Source of the DNA: Bdellovibrionales bacterium
GTDB lineage: Bacteria > Bdellovibrionota > Bdellovibrionia > Bdellovibrionales > JAMPXM01
Reading direction: 5' to 3'
Assembly: GCA_043739185.1 (NCBI GenBank)
Contig: JAYUEN010000221.1
Span: 1 to 43,761 of the forward strand
DNA length: 43,761 nt
The notes below the pieces were generated by a model. It did no database searches. It was not told the DNA's origin and saw nothing but the letters and a program-made list of their open reading frames with translations. Shown piece after piece: positions 8,367 to 18,294 of this stretch (positions are counted from its first letter, which is position 1; every line of letters begins with the position of its first letter). Position numbers and translations under genes: made by a program.

Positions 8367-10394
8367 TTACCAAATATGAACAATTTTGTCGGCAGGCAAG
8401 ACCATTTTGTCGCCTTCCTTACATTGAAATGTATCCTTAAAAGCACTTTGCTGCTTAATTTGCTCATTGGTCCTAGCCCAACCTAAAGCATGCGGATTGG
8501 TCTTAAGCTGTTGTTCCTCAAAAGACGGACGATACAAACTGCACCACAAGTGGGCGTACTGTAAGAAGAATTTCTTACGCGTTTCATTGTCAAATTTTGG
8601 ATTAATTGAAGCTGCCTGCAGTGCCGCCGTCAAACCCACATTGTCGCCAATGTTTTCTCCAAGAGTTAATTTACCATTGTGGCCAGCATGGCCGAATTGA
8701 TCTACTAAAACCGATGTGCGTTTTTCAAATTCCTTGGTGTCGTCATTGCTTCTCCAACTTTTCAAGACTCCACGGGAATTGAACTTTGCTCCTTGATCAT
8801 CAATGCTATGACCCATTTCGTGACCAATTACAGTGCCTAGACCACCTAAATTTTCTTCGTCACTTAGTTTTGCATCGAAAAAAGGCGGCTGCAATATTCC
8901 GACAGGAAGTACAAACTTATTGTACTCGACTGAGTAGTAAGCATTCACTATGAGCGGCCCCCATTCCCAGCGATAAGGACTCAAGGTCTTTTTAAAATCT
9001 GCAATTGTTTTGTCTTCTAAAATTTTGGTCAATTTGCGTGCGTTCGCGATGGGCTTATCATTTGAATATTTTGCCGTTGGATTGAAATCCCACTCTTCAT
9101 TGTTACTTGGTGAAACCAACTGGAGCTTCATCGTCTTAATTTTTTTCGTTGCTTCGGCCTGAGCGGTTTTTGATAGCCATTTGTTATTTTTAAGACTCAA
9201 TAAGATAGAGTTTCGAATGCGTTCGCCAAGAGCCACCACTCTTTGCTTCGGAAAATTCTTAAAGAGTCTTGGCCACAGAATGCTATCGAGTTCTTTAGAG
9301 TATTTGCGCATCACGAGAGTTGTGCAACGCTCTTGACGATCAGGTCGCACTTTTGGCCCGCCTAGATGTTTAAATGCAAATTCAAATCTTTTCTTAAAGA
9401 AGTCAGGATAAGCATCATCTAAATAGCTAACTAGCGCGTGGTAGGCATAGAGTCGCTTGAGGTCTTCAAGTGGCATTTCAGAAAATTTCTTATTCAAGAA
9501 CTCAAAACTTTTGGGTTCAAAATCACGGATCAAAGTTGAATTCGGAATTTTCTTTAAAAATGATTCGACCCGAAAACTCGGATACTTTGAAATCAAATCT
9601 TTTCTCGATGTTGTCGCCGGAGAGGAAAACAACTCGCGCCATTCAACTGGCGTCGGATAAATTTTTGAAAACTCAATTTCAAAGGCTAGCAAATTCTTAG
9701 CCGCGTCAGCGGGCTGATCCATTTCAATGGTTTTGAAGAATTCCGTGAACATCGCCTGCAGGTCCTCGGTGTTTTCAGATTTCTCGTAGTAAGTTCTCTC
9801 TGGATAACTCAAAAGACTGAAGGTCACATACATATCATTTTTAAGCGGATTTTTTTGGTTCGCAACATCGCTAAACTCAAGCAAGCTCACTTCACCCGAG
9901 GTGATTTTACTCTCGAAAAACTTCAGAATATCTTCGCGGGTTTTTAAACCTGCCAGTGTGGACTTTAGGTCTTTGACCAAATCTCTTTCTTCTTCGGCCC
10001 GACTCTTATCATTCATACATGCCGAATAAACGTTTTTAAGTTGGGATTCACGTTCCGAACTGGGCTTTGCCGTAGTCAGATTTAAAAAATATTTCTTTTT
10101 ATACTCTAGAATTCTTTCATTTGAGTCATCAAAAGCGAAATCATGTCGTGACCGATCATCTCTCAGCTGAAAAGAGTCAACCACACTTGAACAAGCATAC
10201 TGAAAAAAATTATCACAGGGATTTACCTTTTCATTTACCGGGAAATCACGATGTTCGGGTATGGTTGAACTCTTCTTCACATTTGTGGATGTTGGCTCTG
10301 CACTTACCGGCGTGACACTTTCATGTGAACAGCCGACTGCAAGTCCGAGACTTGCTAAAAATAGCGTCGCGATAATTCCGTTTCTATAGATCAC
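8367..10394 (-). CDS. M13-family (neprilysin/PepO-like) zinc metallopeptidase, lipoprotein
   Basis: Lipobox LAVGC. PCDNFFQYAC, VNAYY, HEMGH and GENIGD motifs. GGAGG RBS before the GTG. Confidence 0.93.
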   Translation of the reverse strand: MIYRNGIIATLFLASLGLAVGCSHESVTPVSAEPTSTNVKKSSTIPEHRDFPVNEKVNPCDNFFQYACSSVVDSFQLRDDRSRHDFAFDDSNERILEYKKKYFLNLTTAKPSSERESQLKNVYSACMNDKSRAEEERDLVKDLKSTLAGLKTREDILKFFESKITSGEVSLLEFSDVANQKNPLKNDMYVTFSLLSYPERTYYEKSENTEDLQAMFTEFFKTIEMDQPADAAKNLLAFEIEFSKIYPTPVEWRELFSSPATTSRKDLISKYPSFRVESFLKKIPNSTLIRDFEPKSFEFLNKKFSEMPLEDLKRLYAYHALVSYLDDAYPDFFKKRFEFAFKHLGGPKVRPDRQERCTTLVMRKYSKELDSILWPRLFKNFPKQRVVALGERIRNSILLSLKNNKWLSKTAQAEATKKIKTMKLQLVSPSNNEEWDFNPTAKYSNDKPIANARKLTKILEDKTIADFKKTLSPYRWEWGPLIVNAYYSVEYNKFVLPVGILQPPFFDAKLSDEENLGGLGTVIGHEMGHSIDDQGAKFNSRGVLKSWRSNDDTKEFEKRTSVLVDQFGHAGHNGKLTLGENIGDNVGLTAALQAASINPKFDNETRKKFFLQYAHLWCSLYRPSFEEQQLKTNPHALGWARTNEQIKQQSAFKDTFQCKEGDKMVLPADKIVHIW

Positions 10395-10441
10395 AAACTT
10401 ATCCTCCTAAAGATAGACTTTTTTTTGACTGAAAAGTCAGC

Positions 10442-11257
10442 TTAGTAAGTAATGGGGCTGCCGGCAATTTTTTTGTTTAAAACCGCGCAGAGCGCGACGC
10501 CAATGAGAAAGATCCACCACAGGATCGAAATCCACAAAAAGAAAATTGGAATAGTGGCCAAGCTTCCATAAAGCTTGCTATAGCTAAATATGGTTTTGGT
10601 CAGCAAAGTAAATATTTTTTGACCGCCAGCTAAAAACGAGGTGGCTACAATCGCGCTCAAGATCGCTGCCTTCATATCCACCTGCTCACTTGGTACATAC
10701 TTATAAATGAAAAGAACAATCATCCAAAGCAAGCTGGCATTGAAATAAATTTTATGAAGGTAAAAGAAACCGGTTTTGTTTGAATACATTGCCCCCATTA
10801 AGCCGGCTAAGGCCAACGGCCCAAGAAAAATGATGAGCCATGAGAAAAAGATGCGCAGAGTAAAGGAACGCTTTTCTTTGATTTGCCATACCTTTTCAAT
10901 TGCGGCCTCCATATCAATTAATAAGGTGGTAGAGGTGATCAGAAGCCCTAAAAACCCCAAGAGCCCTAAAGTTTGAGGCTTGAACTTAAAGATCATGCTT
11001 TGGATTCCTGAAAGGGCGGTTTTGCCTGCGGCCGACGCCAAATTTTGCATGATCAGGGGTTCGATCTCAGCATAGAGCTTATCGAGTCCCCCAAAAGCAT
11101 GAAAAACGCTCAAACTAACTGCAAAAAATGGAATAAGTGAAAGCACTGTTGAATACGACAAACTGTTGGCCAACAAACGCACTTCGCCATTGGTGATTTG
11201 CTTGTTTACCTCTGAAACTAACGCTAGGATTTTCTGAATTTGCCTCTTCATGCGCAC
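10442..11257 (-). CDS. YihY/BrkB-family inner-membrane protein
   Basis: LANSLSYSTVLSLIP, IYKYVP and YSKLYGSLATIPIFFLW motifs; about 6 TM segments. Confidence 0.9.
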   Translation of the reverse strand: MRMKRQIQKILALVSEVNKQITNGEVRLLANSLSYSTVLSLIPFFAVSLSVFHAFGGLDKLYAEIEPLIMQNLASAAGKTALSGIQSMIFKFKPQTLGLLGFLGLLITSTTLLIDMEAAIEKVWQIKEKRSFTLRIFFSWLIIFLGPLALAGLMGAMYSNKTGFFYLHKIYFNASLLWMIVLFIYKYVPSEQVDMKAAILSAIVATSFLAGGQKIFTLLTKTIFSYSKLYGSLATIPIFFLWISILWWIFLIGVALCAVLNKKIAGSPITY

Positions 11258-11283
11258 TTTATTTTGAACTAAAGGAGTCGATA

Positions 11284-11589
11284 ATGTTAGTCCAAAAAGT
11301 CATTCAATCTTTGTTAGCTTGCTCAGGTCTTATCGTTTTTTCAAGTTGTTCACATCAAGCGATTGTTCCTGAAGCTAAAAACGTTAAAATTCAGCGAGAG
11401 GCTCCAGCCAAAGATTGTCGCAGCCTCGGTCATGTTGAAGGTAATGTCATTCGCGCCAATGGCAAAATTGAAGACGCAATTGAAGATATGAAACTCGATG
11501 CAGCCCGCAAGGGTGCCAACTTTGTTCAAATGGGTGAAACTTCTGCCCTCGGCAAAAACGTTGCGGGTATCGCCTATCAGTGTCCATAG
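11284..11589 (+). CDS. Small lipoprotein, DUF4156-like
   Basis: Lipobox FSSC. CRSLGHV...AARKGANFVQ...AYQCP pattern. AAGGAG RBS. Confidence 0.75.
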   Translation: MLVQKVIQSLLACSGLIVFSSCSHQAIVPEAKNVKIQREAPAKDCRSLGHVEGNVIRANGKIEDAIEDMKLDAARKGANFVQMGETSALGKNVAGIAYQCP

Positions 11590-11691
11590 TCCGCGCCCAT
11601 AGTTGCGGACCAAAGTCCGGAAATTTGGGGCGGTTTCAACTTAATTTCGTAATGGGTCTTAGCTGAGTCTTGCATTGGCACTCTGTAATTA

Positions 11692-11710
11692 TACAACTTA
11701 CTAGGTTGTA
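11692..11710. promoter_or_regulatory. Palindromic operator candidate TACAAC-N7-GTTGTA
   Basis: Perfect 6-bp arms ending 20 nt upstream of the HTH gene; a near-identical copy lies at 16995-17012. Confidence 0.55.
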
Positions 11711-11730
11711 AATTTTCGGAGCATATCCAA

Positions 11731-12201
11731 ATGGAGCTAACCCCATACGAAATCGAAGCTGCCTTTCAATATTGGTTTTCACAATATGAATTCCGAAAAA
11801 TAGACATTGAAATTGAAAAGCTTCTCGCTGTCCAACTGAGAAGTGATTGGATCTTTCAAGTCAGAAAAGCGCAATATCTAAGCGCTAAAAAGCTTGCAAA
11901 TAAACTTCAGATTTCACAGCAAGCTTGCGCCAAACTAGAAAAGAGCGAAAGTCTTGAGACCATTACCATTCAATCCCTTAGAATAGTTGCAAATGCGCTC
12001 GACTGTGAATTTGTCTATGGCTTCAGGCCAAAAATAAAGCAGAAGCTTGCGAGACAAATTTGGGAAAAGCTTTATTTGGTTTCGAAAGATCATTTGTGGA
12101 TTCAAAAATGCGTGCAATCTCGAAGGGCCCAAGCTTTGGCCGCAGTCGCAAGAATGAAAATGAAAGATCCTGAGGTCAAAAAAAAGCTCCTACATTTCTG
12201 A
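11731..12201 (+). CDS. XRE-type HTH protein resembling mobile mystery protein A
   Basis: WIFQVRKAQYLSAKKLANKLQISQQACAKLEKSE...ITIQSLRIVANALDCEFVYGFRP matches the pattern I recall for that family. Confidence 0.75.
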   Translation: MELTPYEIEAAFQYWFSQYEFRKIDIEIEKLLAVQLRSDWIFQVRKAQYLSAKKLANKLQISQQACAKLEKSESLETITIQSLRIVANALDCEFVYGFRPKIKQKLARQIWEKLYLVSKDHLWIQKCVQSRRAQALAAVARMKMKDPEVKKKLLHF

Positions 12202-12211
12202 AGGAGCTTTT
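12182..12211. terminator. Bidirectional intrinsic terminator
   Basis: AAAAGCTCCT/AGGAGCTTTT inverted repeat between convergent genes, with the longer U tract on the minus strand. It overlaps the 3' end of the HTH ORF. Confidence 0.75.
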
Positions 12212-12227
12212 AGAAAATTCAATTTAA

Positions 12228-12650
12228 TTACCAGCGATTTCCGCCGCCGCCGCCGCGATCACCGCCGCCGCCACGTCCGCCGCCGCCACCACGTCCGCCG
12301 CCGCCACCACCGTAGCCACCGCCGCCGCCACCACCGTAGCCACCGCCGCCGCCGCCACGTCCGCCGCCGCCAAAGCCACGTCCGCCGCCACCACTACGCT
12401 CTTCTTGTGGGCGTGCTTCGGAAACCTTTAGTGCTCGACCTTCGAAATCTGCGCCATTGAGTTCGCTGACTGCTCTGTCGGCTTCTTCATCGTTTGTCAT
12501 TTCAACAAAACCGAATCCCTTGCTGCGACCGCTATCACGATCCATAATGATCTTAGCTGAATCAACGCTTCCGACTGTTGAGAACTTCGCCGACAAACTT
12601 TCGTCTGTCACTGAAAACGGCAAATTCCCTACGTATAACTTCTTACCCAT
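12228..12650 (-). CDS. RRM RNA-binding protein with Gly/Arg-rich tail
   Basis: RNP2 KLYVGNL and RNP1 SKGFGFVEM; GGR/GGY-rich tail; GAGGAG RBS. Confidence 0.95.
   Translation of the reverse strand: MGKKLYVGNLPFSVTDESLSAKFSTVGSVDSAKIIMDRDSGRSKGFGFVEMTNDEEADRAVSELNGADFEGRALKVSEARPQEERSGGGGRGFGGGGRGGGGGGYGGGGGGGYGGGGGGRGGGGGRGGGGDRGGGGGNRW
12240..12392 (-). repeat. Coding GGC/GGT low-complexity repeat (poly-Gly tail)
   Basis: Runs of ccg/cca triplets on the + strand, including two copies of ccgccaccaccgtagccaccg. Confidence 0.8.
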
Positions 12651-12782
12651 TCAAATCTCCTCAATGCTAACGACTTCTGAATTCACAACAATAGGAGCCC
12701 CATGCCCAAACTACCGCGAACACACATCCGTTCAAAAAAATGTGTAGCATGATTTTAAAGCACTAGGAAAATAAATTCTCGG

Positions 12783-13481
12783 TTAAGATGATTTTTTCAC
12801 AAAAATATTATTCAAAAAGCTTTCGAGGCGCGTTATGATTTCAAGCGGAATTTCATGCCCGCCACGAAACAAGTGCAACTGACCTTTCGCGCCACCAGAA
12901 ATCAATAATTGATTGAGATTTTTTGCTGCATTTACAGGCAAAACACTATCATTTTCACCATGACTTTGAAAAAAGGCTAAGCCTTGATGTTGCTTTAGTT
13001 TTTCAGCCCAAATATCTCGTGAAACCAGTGTGCCGGATAATATCACCAGGCCCGCAATCTGCTCATGAACTTGAAGGCTGATATCGGTCGCGAGCATGGC
13101 GCCTTGGCTAAAACCTCCCAAAGCAATTTGCGTATAGTCAATCCCTAAGCGGGAGATGAGTTCGATCACAGCTTCACGAGATTTTTTGATCCCTGGGGGC
13201 ACAATATTTTCAAAACTTATTCCCTGTTCAAGATCCCGCAAAGCGATGGGGAACCAGGCTCGCCCCTCCATATGTGGGCCAAGACTTACACTGTGAGGGC
13301 CATTGGGAAAAATCAAACGCAGATTTGGGATGCGGATCATATTGGCCAGACTTGCAAGATCCTCACAATTGGCGCCAAAGCCATGCAAAAGTATCAATGC
13401 TCGGCTCGAGGGACTCTTCGAATCATCAATATCAATACATTCTAAGGAGCCAATTTTGTGACGTTTCATCTGTTTAGCCAT
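12783..13481 (-). CDS. Alpha/beta hydrolase (phospholipase/carboxylesterase family)
   Basis: LLHGFG, GRAWF, nucleophile GFSQG, HGENDSV, GGHEI. Start moved to ATG 13481, which has an AAGGGA RBS. Confidence 0.9.
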   Translation of the reverse strand: MAKQMKRHKIGSLECIDIDDSKSPSSRALILLHGFGANCEDLASLANMIRIPNLRLIFPNGPHSVSLGPHMEGRAWFPIALRDLEQGISFENIVPPGIKKSREAVIELISRLGIDYTQIALGGFSQGAMLATDISLQVHEQIAGLVILSGTLVSRDIWAEKLKQHQGLAFFQSHGENDSVLPVNAAKNLNQLLISGGAKGQLHLFRGGHEIPLEIITRLESFLNNIFVKKSS

Positions 13482-13542
13482 AATTCCCTTTGGGTCCAAA
13501 TCTTTCTTGGTCCGCGCAACAAGTTTTGATAAGACTCTACCC

Positions 13543-14322
13543 ATGGATAATTTACATTGGCAACTCTCTGTTTTAAGTCGGGCAATTCATTATAAAAATC
13601 TTTCGGGCGCGGCCGAGCATATTGGCCTCAGTCAGCCACAGCTTTCACGCATTATTTCGCGCATTGAAGGCGAACTGGGCGTGGTTCTTTTGGATCGAAG
13701 CGTGCGCCGAAAATCTGGATGGACTCCGGTTGCCTTTAAAGTGGCTGAAATTTATTTGCAGAGTTCGCGCAAACTTTCTTCAAGTTTGCAGCAACTTCAG
13801 GATGAAGATCAAATTTCACAGCTCAATGTCGGCTGCCTTGAAGGAATGCTTAATCTTGGCGCGCACTTTTGCCAGCAGCTTTTCGACCACAGTGTTATTC
13901 AGACCTTTGAACTCGATGTCTACGATTTAAGCGAACTTGAAACACGTTTTGAAAAAAACGAACTCGATATGATTTTTACCTTTCGCGAACCCGGTAAACA
14001 AAAATACAAATTTGTCCGCAATCTCGGCTATCAAACATTTAAGAAGTTCGATTCGAAAACAACCCAGACACGCGTGATGAGTCCCTTTGAGTTTGCGCAG
14101 TTTGTAAACCGTAAGAAAATGGACAAAGAAGCCCGTTTCATTTTAAGCAATTCTTTAGCGGTTCGAAAGCTTTGGGTTGAAAAATATGGCGGCATCGCTG
14201 ATTTCCCTTCAGATGTTTACTCTAAAAAAACGAGCTCCGATGGCGAACAGCCAGTTTATTTAATTGCCAATGAATTTATGAATGCCCGACTTTGGGAAAA
14301 AATGAAAGATATTAAAATTTAG
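13543..14322 (+). CDS. LysR-family transcriptional regulator
   Basis: NLSGAAEHIGLSQPQLSRIISRIEGELGVVLLDR (LysR HTH). Divergent from the hydrolase. ATG 13543 preferred over TTG 13507. Confidence 0.85.
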   Translation: MDNLHWQLSVLSRAIHYKNLSGAAEHIGLSQPQLSRIISRIEGELGVVLLDRSVRRKSGWTPVAFKVAEIYLQSSRKLSSSLQQLQDEDQISQLNVGCLEGMLNLGAHFCQQLFDHSVIQTFELDVYDLSELETRFEKNELDMIFTFREPGKQKYKFVRNLGYQTFKKFDSKTTQTRVMSPFEFAQFVNRKKMDKEARFILSNSLAVRKLWVEKYGGIADFPSDVYSKKTSSDGEQPVYLIANEFMNARLWEKMKDIKI

Positions 14323-14336
14323 TAAGAGGATTTTTT

Positions 14337-16961
14337 ATGAAGAGTGATGTTCGGCAGCCGGTTTATCTCAAAGACTATCAGGCCACTGATTTTTTAATTG
14401 AAAGCCTTCATCTTCAGTTCGATTTATTTGAAGACCACGCCTTGGTGACAAATAAAATGAAGGTCTATCGAAATCCGCAAATGCCCACTAAGACTCCGAA
14501 ATTATTTTTAAATGGTGAGCAACTTGCACTCGTCGAAATCAAATTAAACGGCAAATCTGTGGAGCGCGAAAACTTTTATCTAGACGACAAAAGTTTGAGC
14601 TTGAGCCCCACTGAAATGAATTTTGAACTTGAAATAAAAACTAAAATTGAACCGCAAAAGAATTTGGCCTTTGAAGGTTTATACAAATCGAGCGGAATGT
14701 TTTGCACCCAATGTGAAGCCGAAGGCTTTCGTAAAATAACCTATTTCTTAGACCGACCCGATGTGATGACGAAGTATACGGTGACGATTACCGCAGATAA
14801 ATTAAAATACCCAGTGCTGCTTTCTAACGGAAATCTGATCGCCCAAAAAAATCTAGCGGATGGCCGACATCTTGCTGAATGGCAAGATCCATTTAAAAAG
14901 CCAAGTTATTTATTTGCGTTGGTTGCTGGTGATCTGGGGGTCCTCGAGGATCATTTCACCACGCAATCGGGGCGTAAAATTAAACTGCAGATCTTTTCAC
15001 ATAAGGGTTACGAAGCTCGCTGCGTTCATGCTATGCACTCTCTTCAAAAAGCCATGAAATGGGATGAAGAGCACTATGGTCTCGAGTATGATCTCGATAT
15101 TTTCATGATTGTGGCTGTTGATGATTTCAATATGGGAGCCATGGAAAATAAGGGTCTCAATATTTTCAATTCAAAATATATCTTGGCCAATAATCAGACC
15201 GCCACTGACTTTGATTATGAAATGATTCTCGCCATTATCGGTCATGAATATTTTCACAATTGGACAGGCAACCGAGTCACTTGTCGTGACTGGTTTCAAC
15301 TTTCATTGAAAGAGGGCCTCACCGTTTATCGCGATCAAGAGTTTTCAAGCACCGTATTTTCTCGTGCCGTTAAACGCATTGAAGATGTCATTCGCTTGCG
15401 AAGTGTTCAATTCGCTGAAGATGCAGGGCCGATGGCTCATCCGGTGCGTCCGCAGTCTTTTATTGAAATAAATAACTTTTATACACCTACCGTTTATGAA
15501 AAGGGTGCGGAAGTGATCCGCATGATTCATACTATTATAGGTGCAAGCAATTTCAGAAAAGGCATGGATAAATATTTTGAACTCTTTGACGGAAAAGCGG
15601 TCACGACTGAAGATTTCGTTCATGCCATGGAGATCGTCAGTGGCATTGACCTCACACAGTTTAAGAATTGGTATGATCAAGCTGGAACTCCAGTAATCAA
15701 AGCAAGCTCACATTATGATGCCAAATCAAAAGTATTCAAATTGAAGCTCACACAATCTTGCCCGTCTACGCCCGGACAGAGTAGTAAAAAGAACTTTCAT
15801 ATTCCCGTCTCGATGGCTTTACTCGCCGAAGATGGTAGTGAGCTATTAAAAGAACAGGTGCTTCATCTAAAAGATAGCGAGCAAAACTTTGAATTTAAAA
15901 ACATAAGTCATAAGCCAATTGCTTCATTGCTTAGAACTTTTTCGGCCCCAGTAAAACTAGAATATGAATACACAGATGCCGAACTGAGTTTTTTAATGGC
16001 AAAAGATACGGATAGTTTCAATCGCTGGGAAGCCGCCCAAAAGCTTTATTGTCGAACTTTCATAAAACAAGTAGAGGCTTTGCAAAAAGGCCAAAATCTT
16101 GCGGTTTCAACTGAGCTTACTACCGCCTTTCAAGCGGTTATCGAAAATCAAGCCTTGGATTATCATTTTAAATCTCTGCTTTTAAGTTTTCCTTCCGAAA
16201 CTTATTTGACTCAGTTTTTCGATAAAATTGACGTCGAGTCGATCACCTCGGCGCAAGATAAAATCGTCAAACACTTGACCCAGAATTCTTTTGTCAGCCT
16301 TGAAAAATTAACGCAAAATTTGACGGCAAAAATTGCGAACATCAAAAGCCAAGAGTATAGCCACGAAGCCTCAGGTCTTAGAAGTTTGAAAAATACTTGC
16401 CTCAAACTTCTTTGTCAGCTCGAAAAACCTCAGGCTTTTGACTATGCGATTCAACAATTTAATTCTGCCCAGAATATGACTGAGGAAATCGGCGCGCTGA
16501 ATGCCCTCAATCACTTTGATTCAAAGGCTCGCGGCGAAATTTTTCAAAAATTTTATGATAAATGGAAGAAAGAAACTCTTGTCATCAATAAGTGGTTGGC
16601 TTTGCAGGCTGCTTGCCCAGGTGGAAATCCTCTTGCGCGTGTACAAAAAACCTCTCAGGACTCCGTATTTGACAAAAATAATCCCAATAAGATTTATGAT
16701 CTGTTTTATCGATTTGGCTATGACAATTTAAGTGGCTTTCATGCTAAATCCGGGCAGGCTTATGAATTTTTGGTGGATCAAATTTTGGAAATTGACTCAA
16801 GAAATCCTCAAGTCGCAGCTCGCTTGGTTTCAATATTCAACCACTGGAAGAAATTCGATTCCACTCGAAAAGATTTAATGAAAACCCAAATCACGCGCAT
16901 TGTAGAAACCAAAAATCTTTCAAACAATGTTTTTGAAATTGCCTCTAGGGCTTTGAACTGA
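14337..16961 (+). CDS. pepN: Aminopeptidase N (M1 family)
   Basis: FCTQCEAEGFRKITY, GAMEN, HEYFHNW...E, VYEKGAEV, NPQVAARL. Confidence 0.97.
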   Translation: MKSDVRQPVYLKDYQATDFLIESLHLQFDLFEDHALVTNKMKVYRNPQMPTKTPKLFLNGEQLALVEIKLNGKSVERENFYLDDKSLSLSPTEMNFELEIKTKIEPQKNLAFEGLYKSSGMFCTQCEAEGFRKITYFLDRPDVMTKYTVTITADKLKYPVLLSNGNLIAQKNLADGRHLAEWQDPFKKPSYLFALVAGDLGVLEDHFTTQSGRKIKLQIFSHKGYEARCVHAMHSLQKAMKWDEEHYGLEYDLDIFMIVAVDDFNMGAMENKGLNIFNSKYILANNQTATDFDYEMILAIIGHEYFHNWTGNRVTCRDWFQLSLKEGLTVYRDQEFSSTVFSRAVKRIEDVIRLRSVQFAEDAGPMAHPVRPQSFIEINNFYTPTVYEKGAEVIRMIHTIIGASNFRKGMDKYFELFDGKAVTTEDFVHAMEIVSGIDLTQFKNWYDQAGTPVIKASSHYDAKSKVFKLKLTQSCPSTPGQSSKKNFHIPVSMALLAEDGSELLKEQVLHLKDSEQNFEFKNISHKPIASLLRTFSAPVKLEYEYTDAELSFLMAKDTDSFNRWEAAQKLYCRTFIKQVEALQKGQNLAVSTELTTAFQAVIENQALDYHFKSLLLSFPSETYLTQFFDKIDVESITSAQDKIVKHLTQNSFVSLEKLTQNLTAKIANIKSQEYSHEASGLRSLKNTCLKLLCQLEKPQAFDYAIQQFNSAQNMTEEIGALNALNHFDSKARGEIFQKFYDKWKKETLVINKWLALQAACPGGNPLARVQKTSQDSVFDKNNPNKIYDLFYRFGYDNLSGFHAKSGQAYEFLVDQILEIDSRNPQVAARLVSIFNHWKKFDSTRKDLMKTQITRIVETKNLSNNVFEIASRALN

Positions 16962-16977
16962 AGCTTCATGTTCGATT

Positions 16978-17028
16978 TCTCCCTCTGAAAAAAAACAACT
17001 TCCTAGGTTGTATTTTTTCAGAGGGAGA
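16978..17028. repeat. Long inverted repeat downstream of pepN (terminator, stabiliser or operator carrier)
   Basis: TCTCCCTCTGAAAAAA pairs with TTTTTTCAGAGGGAGA (16 bp); after one mismatch ACAAC pairs with GTTGT. No following U tract. Confidence 0.8.
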
Positions 17029-17100
17029 GTGGCATAACTATTGTATTATCTAAATCTGAGTTTCGCTAGTTCTACCAAGTACGTAGATGAGGAGTCGCCT

Positions 17101-17673
17101 GTGCATAAGTTTTGGACAAAATTAACAATTAGTGGCCTTATGGCCCTCTCCCTTCTTCCTTCACAGTCCTTTGGCGGTGGAATGCCAAAAGCTTTAACTT
17201 CGCTTAGTATTCAAAGTGACTCTTTTCGGGGAACGTCTTTACGAAGATCTTCGAGTCAAGATTTGGATTTGAATTACGGCTTTGCTCAGGCTGCCAAGAA
17301 TCTCTCAAATAACGGCGATAAAACTTGCTTTGAGTTTACGCAGGGAATTCTCTCTCGCATGAATGCGAGCGAGCCATTAAAATATTTAAAGGACCAGAAA
17401 TGGATCGTGAAAGCTGAAATCATTCATCAGAGTAAAACTAAACTTTGTGAGTTCGAACTTAGCACTTATCCTTCTGATGCCAGTAGTAGTACTGCGTTTA
17501 CTACAATTGTTTTAGCTGAAGACGAATTGACCGCCCACTATGCAATTAGAACCTTGGACTACAGACTAAACAAATATCTCGAAAACATTAGATCCGAGAA
17601 AAGAATGTCAGAAGATGCCAACTCCCATGCGGCGCGCGAGATCTTCAACTTCACAGACTATTTAACTTACTAA
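17101..17673 (+). CDS. Hypothetical secreted protein
   Basis: GAGGAG RBS before GTG 17101; signal-like MHKFWTKLTISGLMALSLLPSQSFG; no motif recognised. Confidence 0.65.
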   Translation: MHKFWTKLTISGLMALSLLPSQSFGGGMPKALTSLSIQSDSFRGTSLRRSSSQDLDLNYGFAQAAKNLSNNGDKTCFEFTQGILSRMNASEPLKYLKDQKWIVKAEIIHQSKTKLCEFELSTYPSDASSSTAFTTIVLAEDELTAHYAIRTLDYRLNKYLENIRSEKRMSEDANSHAAREIFNFTDYLTY

Positions 17674-18285
17674 TTTCGCCAAACTATTTTTAAGCTGTTC
17701 GGGGTTTTGAAAGTGAATTGTCTGAAAACCGAGATTTTGGGCGGCTTTAATATTTCGTTCGACATCGTCAATGAAGACCGATTGCTCAGGTACCACTCCG
17801 TAGCGGGTCGTTAATAGATTAAAAAATTTCGGATCTGGTTTTATGAGCTTTTCTTCGCCGGATACTAAAATCGCTTCAAATAATTTCAAAAATTCATACT
17901 TCTCGCGTGCGAAATGAAAGGTTTCAGCGGACCAATTACTTAAGGCAAGGAGTTGATATTTTTTAGTGTTTTTAAGTTCACTTAGAATTTGTACTGTGCC
18001 CGCGATACTTTGACCAAGAGTTTCATCCCAGCGTTTGAAGTAGATCTCAACTTCGGATTTGAACTGCGGAAAGCGCGCTGCAATTTCGAGCTCAGCTTCA
18101 GCAAAGCTGCGACCAGCGTCTTGTTTCTCATTCCATTCTTGGTTACAGACGTGGGTCAGAAAATATTCCATCTCGTCTTCGCGAGCTTTGAAAACTGAAC
18201 GAAATAGATAACGCGGATTCCAGTCGATGAGGACTCCGCCAAGATCAAAAACGATAGTTTGGATGGGATGATTTATCATCCCCAC
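17662..18285 (-). CDS. HAD-superfamily phosphatase
   Basis: FDLGGVL, ALSNW, KPDP and FIDD motifs I-IV. Confidence 0.92.
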   Translation of the reverse strand: MGMINHPIQTIVFDLGGVLIDWNPRYLFRSVFKAREDEMEYFLTHVCNQEWNEKQDAGRSFAEAELEIAARFPQFKSEVEIYFKRWDETLGQSIAGTVQILSELKNTKKYQLLALSNWSAETFHFAREKYEFLKLFEAILVSGEEKLIKPDPKFFNLLTTRYGVVPEQSVFIDDVERNIKAAQNLGFQTIHFQNPEQLKNSLAKLVS

Positions 18286-18294
18286 AAACTTACT

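Noticed and set aside
12240..12392. GC-rich repeat as a CRISPR array or foreign DNA
   Set aside because: It is the Gly-codon tail of the RRM gene; no repeat-spacer structure and no cas genes.
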